64,000 nt of DNA from a virus (Duplodnaviria > Caudoviricetes), in the IMG/VR virus record IMGVR_UViG_3300031867_000013, positions 32,001 through 96,000 of that record; one strand, 5' to 3'. Positions 28,146 to 38,405 of the stretch are shown piece after piece (positions within the stretch are counted from its first letter, which is position 1; each line of letters begins with the position of its first letter). The notes under the pieces were generated by a model. The model made no database searches and was not told the origin of the DNA. It saw only the letters and a list, made by a program, of their open reading frames with translations. Position numbers and translations under genes: made by a program.

Positions 28146-28389
28146 GAGGGCTTTTTATGTATAAAGTGGTAGGGCGAACCTATACAGGGCAACACGTTGA
28201 AATGATTATTTCTGTCAATGCTCTTTATGCGTGCGCTATTGTGGAATATATTGAAAACATACAAACAGGGGAGCGTGTCTATTATGAAAATAAATGATAT
28301 AATGAATTTATTATTGCTTGTTTTAATGGGTTTTATGTCGTTTCTGTCAATGTTTCGCGCATGTATGAATTTTTAGGAGGTATAATAAT

Positions 28390-28602
28390 ATGAAGCCGAT
28401 TGCTTATTATGCTTTATTCGTTGATTTCCTCATTATGATATATGATATTGAGTACGGGATTAATGATTATATAATATATACATATAAAACACCATCGAAG
28501 GAAAGCAGGAAATTTAAGGCGAAAATTAGATATGATAAGGCAGGAAACGCCTATTTTCGGCAAAAGAATCCTGTACCGCTTTCGGAGTGCATGAAATATT
28601 AA
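28390..28602 (+). CDS. Hypothetical protein
   Basis: AGGAGG RBS, followed by terminator AAGCCCCA/TGGGGCTT. Confidence 0.55.
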   Translation: MKPIAYYALFVDFLIMIYDIEYGINDYIIYTYKTPSKESRKFKAKIRYDKAGNAYFRQKNPVPLSECMKY

Positions 28603-28643
28603 GCCCCATTTGGGGCTTTTTTATTGCCTATAAAACAGTACAT

Positions 28644-29373
28644 AATATTCTGAATATTTTTACTATTTCTTGATACATAATTATCAGAATATTATAAACA
28701 TTATAATATATCACAATATTTTGCCAATGCCATAGAATTATCAGAAAATTAAGATGTGTCATAATATTATGTTAATCATCTGAAATTGTCAGAATATTGT
28801 ATGTATCATAATATTCTGAAAACTAGATGTGCATGAATTGTCAGAATATTAAAAACATTATATGTATTTGAATGAATTGTACATAGAACGAATACAATTT
28901 AATATGTCAATAGGAAAAAAGTCCAAAATGTATGTTCTATATAAAAAATAGGAGTAAAGTCTATTGACACATAAAAACAAGGGCAAATAGTCCTATTATT
29001 TTAGAACAAAAATCGAACACTTCTAAGCCTTGCAATTATTGAAAAATCGTCATAGACGGACGAAAATCTATGTGCCTATATAAATATATGCAGACAACAT
29101 AAAAAACGATTCTAGGGGCATTTACGGGCGAATAAAGGGTATTTCTATATATTCATATATACCCATATTTTCCCTAAAAATATTTTTGTCTTTGACTTTT
29201 TGACTTATATGCAAGTTGTCAGAATATTATAAATACACATAATATTTATAGTATTATTAATATTATACTAATTATTTGATGCTATACATTTGTAAATTAA
29301 CATAATTTTCTGTCAATTTATATATCTATAATATTTTGAAAATTCAATAGATACATAAAGTTGTCAGAATATT
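28644..29373. promoter_or_regulatory. CodY-box-like cluster 1 (about 10 sites)
   Basis: e.g. AATTATCAGAAAATT 28736, AATTGTCAGAATATT 28784 and 28836, AATTTTCTGTCAATT 29304; consensus AATTTTCWGAAAATT. Confidence 0.65.
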
Positions 29374-29670
29374 TTGCAATATATGTGTCAATGGGAAATA
29401 TGTCTTATTTTTATTTGTCAATAGACCATAAGACTTATTTTTATATTTATTATATTTTCGCGTCACATAGGGATATAGAAAAATGTATATGGCTTTTATT
29501 CGTGCATAAATAGGGCTACAATCAATTTTTATATGCTATTGGTATATCTATATAAGGATAAAATAAAAAGGGCTTAAATAGCCCTTTATGCTTGTTATAT
29601 TGAATTGTGTATATAAAAAGACAATTCCCCTGCCGTAATTAGCAGGGGAAATATAGGGAAGATTATTTTA

Positions 29671-30588
29671 TCAGCCTACCAATGTTGAAAGCAATTCTAA
29701 AGCATTGTCAAGCAAAGCATTTCCGCGAATAACGCTTTTCATTTGATTTTCCCTGTAGGTCTTGGTCATGCGGGCAGGTTCAGAATGATAGGCAAAATCC
29801 GATACAGCCTGCAAAAATCCATAAGCTGTGCCGCGCAAATTGCCTAAATCATCAGCGTTATAGGCTGAAATTAAGCCGCTACGTTGATTTTCCACGATGT
29901 CCCGTTTGCGCGGCGTAGCGTCAGCAGGGAGCGGGAGCAAATTCCCAACGAGCGCATTAAACATAGTGTTTGAAACGTGAATACTTGCAAGGCGTTCTGT
30001 TTCTTGCTGAAAAATGGTACGATAGGAATTTTCATGTTCCATGATATTCCCGACCATTTCCAACTTCCCTGCTACGTCTCCTTTGTGGAGAAGGGAAAAC
30101 GACCGAACGGCTTTCTTGAAGGCAAGGTTCAAAGTGTTAGAACAAGCAGGACGGACGGGAGTGATGGCGGCGCGAATTGCGCCTTTCCCATCATGCGTAC
30201 TTGAGAAAACAACATACATTTTCATTGATTCGCCAAGGGTCATAAATTCGGGGACTTCTACGCACATCCATATTGTTTTGCCACCACTGACAATTCCCGC
30301 CGAAACGAATTTGAAATCTGTCAAATACGTTAAGAAGGAAAAAGCATCTTTGTTTTGTACGGTCTGATAACGGTCTGATACCACACCAAGAAAAGCGTTA
30401 TTGTCAGAACGGACGTTTACCTTCATGGGTGTTTCGAGGATATTACCGTCTGCAAGGCGAATCAATGCGGGAGTTTGTACGACTTCCCAGTTCATATCAG
30501 CAAGGGAAATTGCGCTTTCCACATCCACCGCGCCCGAAATATCCTGTCCATACTTCCAAGGCTCTACACGATTCATCATTTTCAACAT
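29671..30588 (-). CDS. DUF932-family phage/plasmid protein
   Basis: 'LGVVSDRYQTVQNKDAFSF', 'STHDGKGA', 'TPVRPACSNTL', 'GTAYGFLQAVSDFAYH'. Confidence 0.85.
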   Translation of the reverse strand: MLKMMNRVEPWKYGQDISGAVDVESAISLADMNWEVVQTPALIRLADGNILETPMKVNVRSDNNAFLGVVSDRYQTVQNKDAFSFLTYLTDFKFVSAGIVSGGKTIWMCVEVPEFMTLGESMKMYVVFSSTHDGKGAIRAAITPVRPACSNTLNLAFKKAVRSFSLLHKGDVAGKLEMVGNIMEHENSYRTIFQQETERLASIHVSNTMFNALVGNLLPLPADATPRKRDIVENQRSGLISAYNADDLGNLRGTAYGFLQAVSDFAYHSEPARMTKTYRENQMKSVIRGNALLDNALELLSTLVG

Positions 30589-30778
30589 TTTCAACACTCC
30601 TTTTTTAAAATAGATGATTAACCTATACATATTAAACCACAAACAAATAATTATTGCAAGCATTTTTTTTATAAAAATCATAAAAAAATTTTCCTTCCTA
30701 TTATAAGGGAAAAATTTTTATAATTTACATATCTATTGAAATTGAGAATAATTTTTATTTGCCCATCGAGGATTTTAT

Positions 30779-31107
30779 AATTTTCTGACAATTCCATAGG
30801 AAGATATAATAATATTCTGAAAATTTCAGGCGAATAGAGGAACACAAAATTTTCTGAAAATTTATAAAAATTTGACTTCCATATAATTGTTTTAAGCGAT
30901 TTTTTCAGACTATTCCATATATTTATACTAATAAGAATTTTTCGTGTCTTAAAACTAATTTCTTAAAGTATTGAAAATACTGACTTTTCAGGCTATTATG
31001 ACAATTATAAACATAAATGTAAATATTCTGAATATTATACTAAATATTTAATGTATGGATTCTTATATATAGTATAATATTCTGACAGATATAATATTCT
31101 GATAATT
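30779..31107. promoter_or_regulatory. CodY-box-like cluster 2, upstream of the DUF932 gene
   Basis: Perfect AATTTTCTGAAAATT at 30848; near-matches at 30779, 30811, 31022, 31076, 31093. Confidence 0.65.
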
Positions 31108-31233
31108 TTATGGCGCAAATAAAGATTTCAAAAAATTATGTGTTCCTTTAATAGATTAAAGTATAAAAATGTCAAGATATATATATACAATAAAAAATTC
31201 CCCCGCAAAAAGCAGGGGAATATGTATATATAT

Positions 31234-31410
31234 TTATTCTTCCTCCTTTTGTACGTCTACGACTTCTTTTACACCCAAGAAACGGAAATTATGCAAGTCA
31301 GAAGGAGTAAACCACTTTTTGCTTGCAATTTTAGCCGCTTCTTTTTCGTTCTTTGCATCAACGTAAATCTCCCCCGTAAAAACAACGTCTACTTGCACTT
31401 GATACGTCAT
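31234..31410 (-). CDS. Small hypothetical protein (58 aa)
   Basis: AAGGAGATGT RBS; MTYQVQVDVVFTGEIYVDAKNEKEAAKIA...; terminator downstream. Confidence 0.6.
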   Translation of the reverse strand: MTYQVQVDVVFTGEIYVDAKNEKEAAKIASKKWFTPSDLHNFRFLGVKEVVDVQKEEE

Positions 31411-31526
31411 AAGAACATCTCCTTTTCATATAATAAATTCAACCTAACTATATTATACACATTACAGGATATAATGCAAGTGTTTTTTATAAAAAATCCT
31501 AAAATATTTTTCTTTCTATTATAAGG

Positions 31527-32667
31527 AATTGTCAGAATATTTAGTGTCTTTTGACAATGCACATTTGTTGGAACATTTTGTATTCTATATATGGTAAAAA
31601 TCATACTATTCTGAATATTTGCCTTGCTAGAGTAAGAGATTAAATTTTCAGAAAATTTCAAATTTGTCCACGGCATATCAAAATTTTCAGAAAAATCTAA
31701 ATAATATAATACGTCAAATATATCTGAAATGTGCATAAATACTGACAATTAGGAATATTTCGGCGCAAACAAAAAGGAAACATAATATTCAGAAAATTAG
31801 GCAATTTTTTCCTATATAGAGAAATACAAATTAGTCAGAAAATTATAAAATATAAGAATAATATAATATGTCAGAATATAGGCGCAACATAAAGGAATAT
31901 GAATTTTCAGATAATTCTTATATATCTTATTATTCTTATATTTCGCGCAAAACAAAAAGGGATAAATATTCAGACAATTATATATAATCATATATTTCTA
32001 TATAATATTATATTTCTATATATAATATAATAATCAGACAATATAGAATATTATATGTATTCTACCAATATACATTTGTCAGAAAGTTTTGTATTTTCCT
32101 ATAGGGAAAATTTATACTTTTCTGAAAACTTTCCTTGCGGCACTAAGGAAGTATAATTATCAGAAAATTATGATTTTGTCCACGAATAATCTGAAATTTA
32201 ATATTCTGACAATTTAAAATAAACTTTTTACTTGACAAATACAAATATAGGCAAATAGTACCAATAAAATAGAATGTATGTACGGGCTGGGAAGCCTTGA
32301 AATTAAAGGAAAATCGTCTGTATTCGACGAAAAAAGACTACCGAATATAAATATATGCGTACCATATAAAAAACGACTGGCAAGGCTGCCAGATAGGTTA
32401 AAATGGATTTTAAGTATTGACAAAAACCTAAAATTTTATCATTCTTTGACTTTTTGTCCAATAAAGTTATATGTCTATATATAATATAAATAGACATAAT
32501 AATATGAATTGTCAGAAAATTAGGGCGCGGCAAAAAACAAAAAAGAGAAAGAGAATCATTATATATAGAGAGAATATATATCAAATGAAAATAATTATTA
32601 TTATATGATAATGATTATAGCTATATATATAGACAATATTGCTATTTTTCATAGTTTTCTGAAAATT
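31527..32667. promoter_or_regulatory. CodY-box-like cluster 3 (about 15 sites)
   Basis: Perfect AATTTTCAGAAAATT at 31643; near-matches at ~31527, 31682, 31784, 31902, 31965, 32155, 32200, 32507, 32653. Confidence 0.65.
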
Positions 32668-33138
32668 TCTATATTTATGGTTCTTTAGTGTATTAAAGCA
32701 CTAAATTAGTATGCTATTAACGTATTTATTCTTCTTTTCTTTAGTATAGTAAAGTAAGCGAGCGAAACAGGGAATATTTTTCACTTTTTGTCAATACTTC
32801 AAATTTTCAAAATTTAATATGAATAAAAACTATTTTCTTAATACTATAAATTTTCTATTTATTATTAATACTCTAAAATATAATTCTATATATTCTTTCT
32901 TTCTATATATCCATATATTTATATACTATCCCTCTTTCTTTTTTGTTTTTTGCGCCCAGGATAGTTTTATATATTATAGTATTATATTTATATATATTAG
33001 ACTTTATATATACTCCCATCTTTTTCTTTGTTTTCCGCGCCAAATATATATTATAGTTATATATAAAACATTATATTATGTATCCTCTTTTCTTTTTATT
33101 TTTGCCGCCAAAATATCCTTGAAATATACTTTATTTTA

Positions 33139-33268
33139 TATATGAAAGTATACTCATATATTCATAAATAAATCAAACATACTTTCTATTATATAAATAT
33201 ATGAACATATAAATATATGAACAATCATTCATATATATTATATTCTTATATGAACATATATTCATATA
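33139..33268. promoter_or_regulatory. Cluster of ATATGAAC-type palindromes (ArsR/SmtB-like)
   Basis: TGAA-N6-TTCA cores at 33218 and 33251, a one-mismatch core (TGAA-N6-CTCA) at 33143, with ATA/TAT flanks. Confidence 0.4.
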
Positions 33269-33427
33269 TAGACAAATAAAAAAGCAGGAAAATTATATTC
33301 CCTGCTTATATATATTATAAGTTTTTTATTCCTTTTATAATATTATCTATTTTTTCATTGTATTCCGTTTCAAGTTTATATTGCCTATAATCATCACTAT
33401 ATTGTGGATAAGGATATTTATAATTTT

Positions 33428-33661
33428 TTAGTTTTTGAATATATTCTTTTTTGCCAAAATATATTCTTTTATTGTAATTAAATCTTTGACTTTTTCTTTA
33501 AATTGTTGATAATAAGAAGTATTTTTATATTCTTTATATATATTATTTAATTCTTCCCTTGTACTAATATATCCATCATTAAAATATATAGTTTTGTTGT
33601 TTTCTGCAATACTTAATAAATATGCTTTTCCTTTTAATTTAACCATTTTAATTTTTAACAT
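33428..33661 (-). CDS. Hypothetical early protein
   Basis: AAGGAGATG RBS, TTGACA promoter. Confidence 0.55.
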   Translation of the reverse strand: MLKIKMVKLKGKAYLLSIAENNKTIYFNDGYISTREELNNIYKEYKNTSYYQQFKEKVKDLITIKEYILAKKNIFKN

Positions 33662-33968
33662 ATAATCATCTCCTTTTATCTTATATTATCATATCTATAG
33701 ATATTTGTCAATAGAAAAATATAAATAAAAAAGCAGGGAATATATATTTCCCTGCCTTTATTGTTTCAGTATGCCATATTTACTTTATATATATTTGTCA
33801 GTGATTGTATAGTTTCTTTATAGTCTATTTCTTCATCTATTTTTCTTTCTATATATTGCTTTTTGTTTTCTTCTCTTTCTTCTTTGCGCTTTTTCTCGAT
33901 AAATGCTTTTAATTTTTCCCTTGCTGTCATTATATATGCACTTCCCTTCTTTTATTTTTATTGTTTCT

Positions 33969-34307
33969 TTATTTCGTCGTGATTGCTTTCATAAACTCCT
34001 TCAAAAGTTTCTTTACAGCCTTTTCTTTTCCTTCCCATGTTTTATAGCGTTTATCCTTATACATGATTTTTTCTGCTTTTCTGTCATATTTCCGCACGAT
34101 TTCATAGTTAACACTTTGTCCGAAAGGTCGATAACCTGTCACAATGGCGTATCCGTTTATGCTGTAAATATCAGCGTTCCAGCCATATGCGCCGCAAGTA
34201 TAGCTTTCTGGCAGTTCAAAATGGAGTAGATTTTGCAATTCACAATAACCAACAGAAAAACAATCATAATACCGCATAATTTCGCTTTTCTTTGCCTTGT
34301 ACTTCAT
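33969..34307 (-). CDS. Phage early protein
   Basis: 'GYCELQNLL...YTCGAYGWNADIY...TGYRPFG'; own promoter. Confidence 0.6.
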   Translation of the reverse strand: MKYKAKKSEIMRYYDCFSVGYCELQNLLHFELPESYTCGAYGWNADIYSINGYAIVTGYRPFGQSVNYEIVRKYDRKAEKIMYKDKRYKTWEGKEKAVKKLLKEFMKAITTK

Positions 34308-34445
34308 TAAAAACATCTCCTTTTTAATATATAGGTTATTTCCATTTACTGATTATATACTAGCACAATATTATATATTTGTCAAGCATTAAAAATAAAA
34401 AAAATATAAGAAAAGGACAAGAATTTTTTCTTGTCCCTTTGTTCT

Positions 34446-34646
34446 TTATATTTCCATGTTTTCTATAGAATCACAAATACTTTCTATTTCAATTCTTTGT
34501 TGCCATAACTTTTTATATACTTCATCTTTTTCATATTTATTTATATCATCATTATATAATTCTTTTATTGTCTTTTCTTCCTGCTTCATTTCTTCGACAA
34601 TCTTCGACAATACTTCATAAATAACTGTATACTGTTTGAACGTCAT
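34446..34646 (-). CDS. Hypothetical protein
   Basis: AAGGAGATGT RBS. Confidence 0.55.
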   Translation of the reverse strand: MTFKQYTVIYEVLSKIVEEMKQEEKTIKELYNDDINKYEKDEVYKKLWQQRIEIESICDSIENMEI

Positions 34647-34991
34647 TATAAAACATCTCCTTTTTATATTGTTACATTTATATTGTTACATTAAAAATAT
34701 AAACTGCAAGAAAAACAATAAAGCTACAAAAAAGAATCATATCTAAAGCAATAAAATCAATTTCTTCGTACTCCTTCGGATTTCTAAAAAATGATTGTTT
34801 CATATAAACATCTCCTTTCTTTATGCTATCATTATATCATATACACATAATGTTTCAATAGTCTTTTTGTCCTATTATATATTTATAGTACATATAATTT
34901 TTAATCAAAAAAAATAGTACGTCTATATAGACGTACTAAAAAGAAAGGAAAGGAATATATATAAATAGAAGGGTAAACAAATATAATATAT

Positions 34992-35384
34992 TTATATCAT
35001 AAATAATATATCTTTCATCCATGTTTTATAAGATTTTACTGCTTGTTTTTCTTCTTTCGTGCTATATGTTTCTATTTTATAACCAAAATTTTTATATACC
35101 ATATCACCATATTTCTTAAATTTCGAGCCGTGATTCATACATCCTCGACAAGTATGGCATAATTCATGCATTATAGTATTAATTAAACTTTGTTTTCCTG
35201 CATATAACGCAATTCCCGAAAAAGTGATTGTATATTTTCCATCATTATTTATTTCTGTTATAGCAAAATACTTGGCGTTTTTCCTTGCAATCTTTATTTC
35301 ACCAATAACGCCACAAGGAATTTTTACTTCTTTCATATCTTTCCTTATCTGCAAGACAAGGTTTTTCAATTCTTCAATTCTCAT
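34992..35384 (-). CDS. SprT-like zinc metalloprotease
   Basis: 'NTIMHELCH...HGSKFK'; start re-called after GGAAAGGGGAG. Confidence 0.7.
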   Translation of the reverse strand: MRIEELKNLVLQIRKDMKEVKIPCGVIGEIKIARKNAKYFAITEINNDGKYTITFSGIALYAGKQSLINTIMHELCHTCRGCMNHGSKFKKYGDMVYKNFGYKIETYSTKEEKQAVKSYKTWMKDILFMI

Positions 35385-35526
35385 TGTATAAACTCCCCTT
35401 TCCTTTGTATGCTTGCATTGTAGCACAAGAAAGGAATTTATACAATAGGACAAAAGACATAAATTATATAATATCTTTTGTCCCATTGTAAAACATTATA
35501 TCTACAGTTTATATATAGTTTATATA

Positions 35527-36150
35527 TTATCCTCTATAGATTGTACCATCACTATTATATATTTCTCTATCATCTTCAAGCAATCTTTCGCGCCAATTTT
35601 CTTCTGAATCATATTCTTCCGCCGCTTCAAGGATAGTTTTGCATAGTTTATCTTCTACATCCTCAATAAAATCCGCTACAGAAAAAGAAACGTGCTTTTT
35701 AATGTTATTAATGTATTCTAAATATATATCATGTACCACGAAATCAATATACAAACCACTGATGGAAGAAAACTCTTTAATTGCCTTGCTATAGCGTTTT
35801 TTATATGTATATTTGCCATTAATATATTTTCCATTTGTACTATAATATTTTCCTTTGACAAACGGGGAAATAAAGTTATTGTAAATATATTTCAATGCTC
35901 TAATATCTTTCAAATCATCTGCAATGTCATCAAAGGAAAATTCAATATGAGACGGCGAACAAGTAGAAAATTCATAGTCTACCTTTTTATCTGCTCCCAT
36001 AGTATAAGCAATGTCAGACAATGCATCAATTTCGGGGCGTACCTCATCCCAATAAAACATATTATCACTTTGCGCTTTTTCTATAATTTTATCCTGCTTA
36101 TCTTTTGACAATTCATCAAACCTATACAGCTTTACCATGATTTCCTTCAT
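35527..36150 (-). CDS. Phage early protein
   Basis: 'LYRFDELSKDKQDK' N-term, acidic C-term. Confidence 0.6.
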   Translation of the reverse strand: MKEIMVKLYRFDELSKDKQDKIIEKAQSDNMFYWDEVRPEIDALSDIAYTMGADKKVDYEFSTCSPSHIEFSFDDIADDLKDIRALKYIYNNFISPFVKGKYYSTNGKYINGKYTYKKRYSKAIKEFSSISGLYIDFVVHDIYLEYINNIKKHVSFSVADFIEDVEDKLCKTILEAAEEYDSEENWRERLLEDDREIYNSDGTIYRG

Positions 36151-36216
36151 TTTATACATCTCCTTTTCTTATTGTAAACACATTATATCATATAATGTTT
36201 TATCTGTCAATATATT

Positions 36217-36471
36217 TTATTCAAAAACATACAAAACTTTTTCGGAAGGAAAAGAAATATTTGCTTTTTCTTTAAGTTTAGCAATAATTTCTTCCTTGTT
36301 CCACTGTGTTGTAATGGAGTTATCGTTATTTATCCTGCCAATACCTATATTTTTCGCTCCTTCCCTTGAAATAACTTTATATTGATTATCCTGCATAAGT
36401 GTATAGATATAAACACGATACAAATGATTTCCATTAATGTCATAACCATTTTCTTTGATTCTTGCAAACAT
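36217..36471 (-). CDS. Hypothetical protein
   Basis: Own promoter and AAGGAGATGT RBS. Confidence 0.55.
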   Translation of the reverse strand: MFARIKENGYDINGNHLYRVYIYTLMQDNQYKVISREGAKNIGIGRINNDNSITTQWNKEEIIAKLKEKANISFPSEKVLYVFE

Positions 36472-36542
36472 ATATAAACATCTCCTTTTCTTTATTCTGA
36501 TTGTATTATATCACAGGAAAATTATTTTGTCAATACTTATTT

Positions 36543-36752
36543 TTATAATTCTTTTATTCCTCCTAATTGATAAATAGCTTTGCCATTATTCCATCCGTTA
36601 AAATGAACATACCAAGTATAACCTTTATAATGAATATAATGGCTATATTCTCCATGATAGACAATACGTTCAATATATTTATATACTCCTATTTTATTCT
36701 TTTCGGGATTGTCACATCTGATAATAATTGTTGCTTTAGTTTTGTGTTTCAT
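36543..36752 (-). CDS. Hypothetical protein
   Basis: Own promoter and RBS. Confidence 0.55.
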   Translation of the reverse strand: MKHKTKATIIIRCDNPEKNKIGVYKYIERIVYHGEYSHYIHYKGYTWYVHFNGWNNGKAIYQLGGIKEL

Positions 36753-36916
36753 ATTTACATCTCCTTTATATAATGGTTCTTTGTTTATCTGTTTATACTA
36801 TATCATACTTTTAATGTTTTTACAATAGGACGATATTCCTAAATGTATATATGTAATTAAAATATGTATGCAAATTAAAAAGGAGTAGGAAATATATCCT
36901 ACTCCTTTTGTGTGTT

Positions 36917-37240
36917 TTACTTCTTTGCTTTCTTGGTATCAGCTTTCTTTTCTGCTTTGACTTCCTGCTTACTTTCCTTGACTTCCTGCTTGTTTTCCAA
37001 AAGCTCCTTCACAACATCTGCTACAGTCTTACCGTTGATTGCCATTGCCTTGATGGCGTCGCGGCTATCCTTATATACCGTAATGTTCACAAGACCCAGC
37101 TTCGCGGCTCGATTTTTCGCGTATTGCTTCTGTTTTTCCTGCCAATTCTTCTTAACTTCAACCTTGCAATCATCACAATACCTTACAGCCGCCGACGTAG
37201 CCTCAAACTCCTTACCGCACATTGCACAAAAACGCTTCAT
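36917..37240 (-). CDS. Zn-ribbon (CxxC...CxxC) plus RHH-like DNA-binding protein
   Basis: 'CAMCGKEF...YCDDC' and 'NITVYKDSRDAIKAMA..GKTVADVVKELL'. Confidence 0.55.
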   Translation of the reverse strand: MKRFCAMCGKEFEATSAAVRYCDDCKVEVKKNWQEKQKQYAKNRAAKLGLVNITVYKDSRDAIKAMAINGKTVADVVKELLENKQEVKESKQEVKAEKKADTKKAKK

Positions 37241-37377
37241 AATTAATACATCTCCTTTTAATATTTTGTTGATTGATTTTTACTGTTTACATTATAGCAT
37301 ATGTTTTTCTGTTTGTCAATACTTTTTTTATTTTTTATTTCAATACACATCACTTCCCTATAATATATACATTGTTA

Positions 37378-37635
37378 TTATCTCATCAGATTTTCCAAGT
37401 TATGCAACACACCTTTTGCAGTATTCATAACGATTGTTTCAACCATTGCTTCAACCATCGCACCATAATGTTGTGGCAAATCGAAAGGATTTTCGCAAGA
37501 CAAAGGGGAAATAATTCCTTCTTGTGTTTCGATTTCACTTCCACCGCCGATAAACAATACAGGCTTGTTTGTTTTTCTGTCAAAATAGATTGTCAATCCC
37601 ATTTGCAAATCTTTGTCCCATTTTCGTTTCTCCAT
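37378..37635 (-). CDS. Hypothetical protein
   Basis: Start re-called after AAGGAGATGT. Confidence 0.5.
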   Translation of the reverse strand: MEKRKWDKDLQMGLTIYFDRKTNKPVLFIGGGSEIETQEGIISPLSCENPFDLPQHYGAMVEAMVETIVMNTAKGVLHNLENLMR

Positions 37636-37824
37636 AACAACATCTCCTTTTAATATTTTATTGTTTCCTTTGATTGTCTTTAGTATATCACAAACATTTC
37701 TATTTGTCAATACTTTTTTTTATTTTTTTTGAAGTTTTTTATTTCCATAAATCACTTCTTTCTTGTTTCATTGTCTGTATTATATCATATTATGTTTTGT
37801 TTGTCAATACATATTTTAATATTT

Positions 37825-38139
37825 TTACAAAAGATTTTTGTTATCCCAAAACCACATCCCAAAAACATCTCCAAAGTATTCCCGCAACATATGAGTATAA
37901 ATAATATATTTTTGGTGATTCGTTACATGGAGAAAATGAATCTTAATATCATCTTTATATATCACTACTTCAAAATCAATATAAGTATCATAAAATCCAT
38001 TTTCATCCATATAATCATATGTATTATAGAAGTGAAGTTTTCCTCTTGTATCAATTTTATGTTCCCATTTGCCATTGAATCCACTACCATGAGGAAGGGA
38101 ATCAATAATACTGTAAATCTTTTCTTCCGTATACTTCAT
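37825..38139 (-). CDS. Hypothetical phage protein
   Basis: 'LPHGSGFN' motif; own promoter. Confidence 0.55.
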   Translation of the reverse strand: MKYTEEKIYSIIDSLPHGSGFNGKWEHKIDTRGKLHFYNTYDYMDENGFYDTYIDFEVVIYKDDIKIHFLHVTNHQKYIIYTHMLREYFGDVFGMWFWDNKNLL

Positions 38140-38205
38140 ATTTATCTCTCCTTTCATATTATGTCTGCATTATATCATAATGTTTTATACTTGTCAATAC
38201 ACTTT

Positions 38206-38391
38206 TTAATTATTTCTTTGTTTCTCCATAATTTCTTCTATTTCTTTATTGATAGAAAGTTTAATATAAATATTGTTTCCTTCTATATCCAATAATTTAC
38301 AATTAATTTCGGGAAGGGAAAGAAGTTTGAAAACCATTTCCTGTAATGTTATCAATTCCCTTTTATACATCTTTACGATTTTATCAAACAT
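38206..38391 (-). CDS. Hypothetical protein
   Basis: AAGGAGATG RBS. Confidence 0.5.
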   Translation of the reverse strand: MFDKIVKMYKRELITLQEMVFKLLSLPEINCKLLDIEGNNIYIKLSINKEIEEIMEKQRNN

Positions 38392-38405
38392 ATTAAACCA
38401 TCTCC

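Noticed and set aside
28880-29025. LexA (Cheo) boxes
   Set aside because: Only half-sites, no complete GAAC-N4-GTTC
31138-33145. ORF-track calls 31138, 31169, 31407, 32214, 32278, 32303, 32819
   Set aside because: No RBS, low-complexity Ile/Tyr/Phe composition, overlap motif arrays; treated as non-coding apart from 31234-31410
34665-34692. WalR/OmpR-type direct repeat (TGTAAC x2)
   Set aside because: Period is 14 bp, not the 11 bp expected
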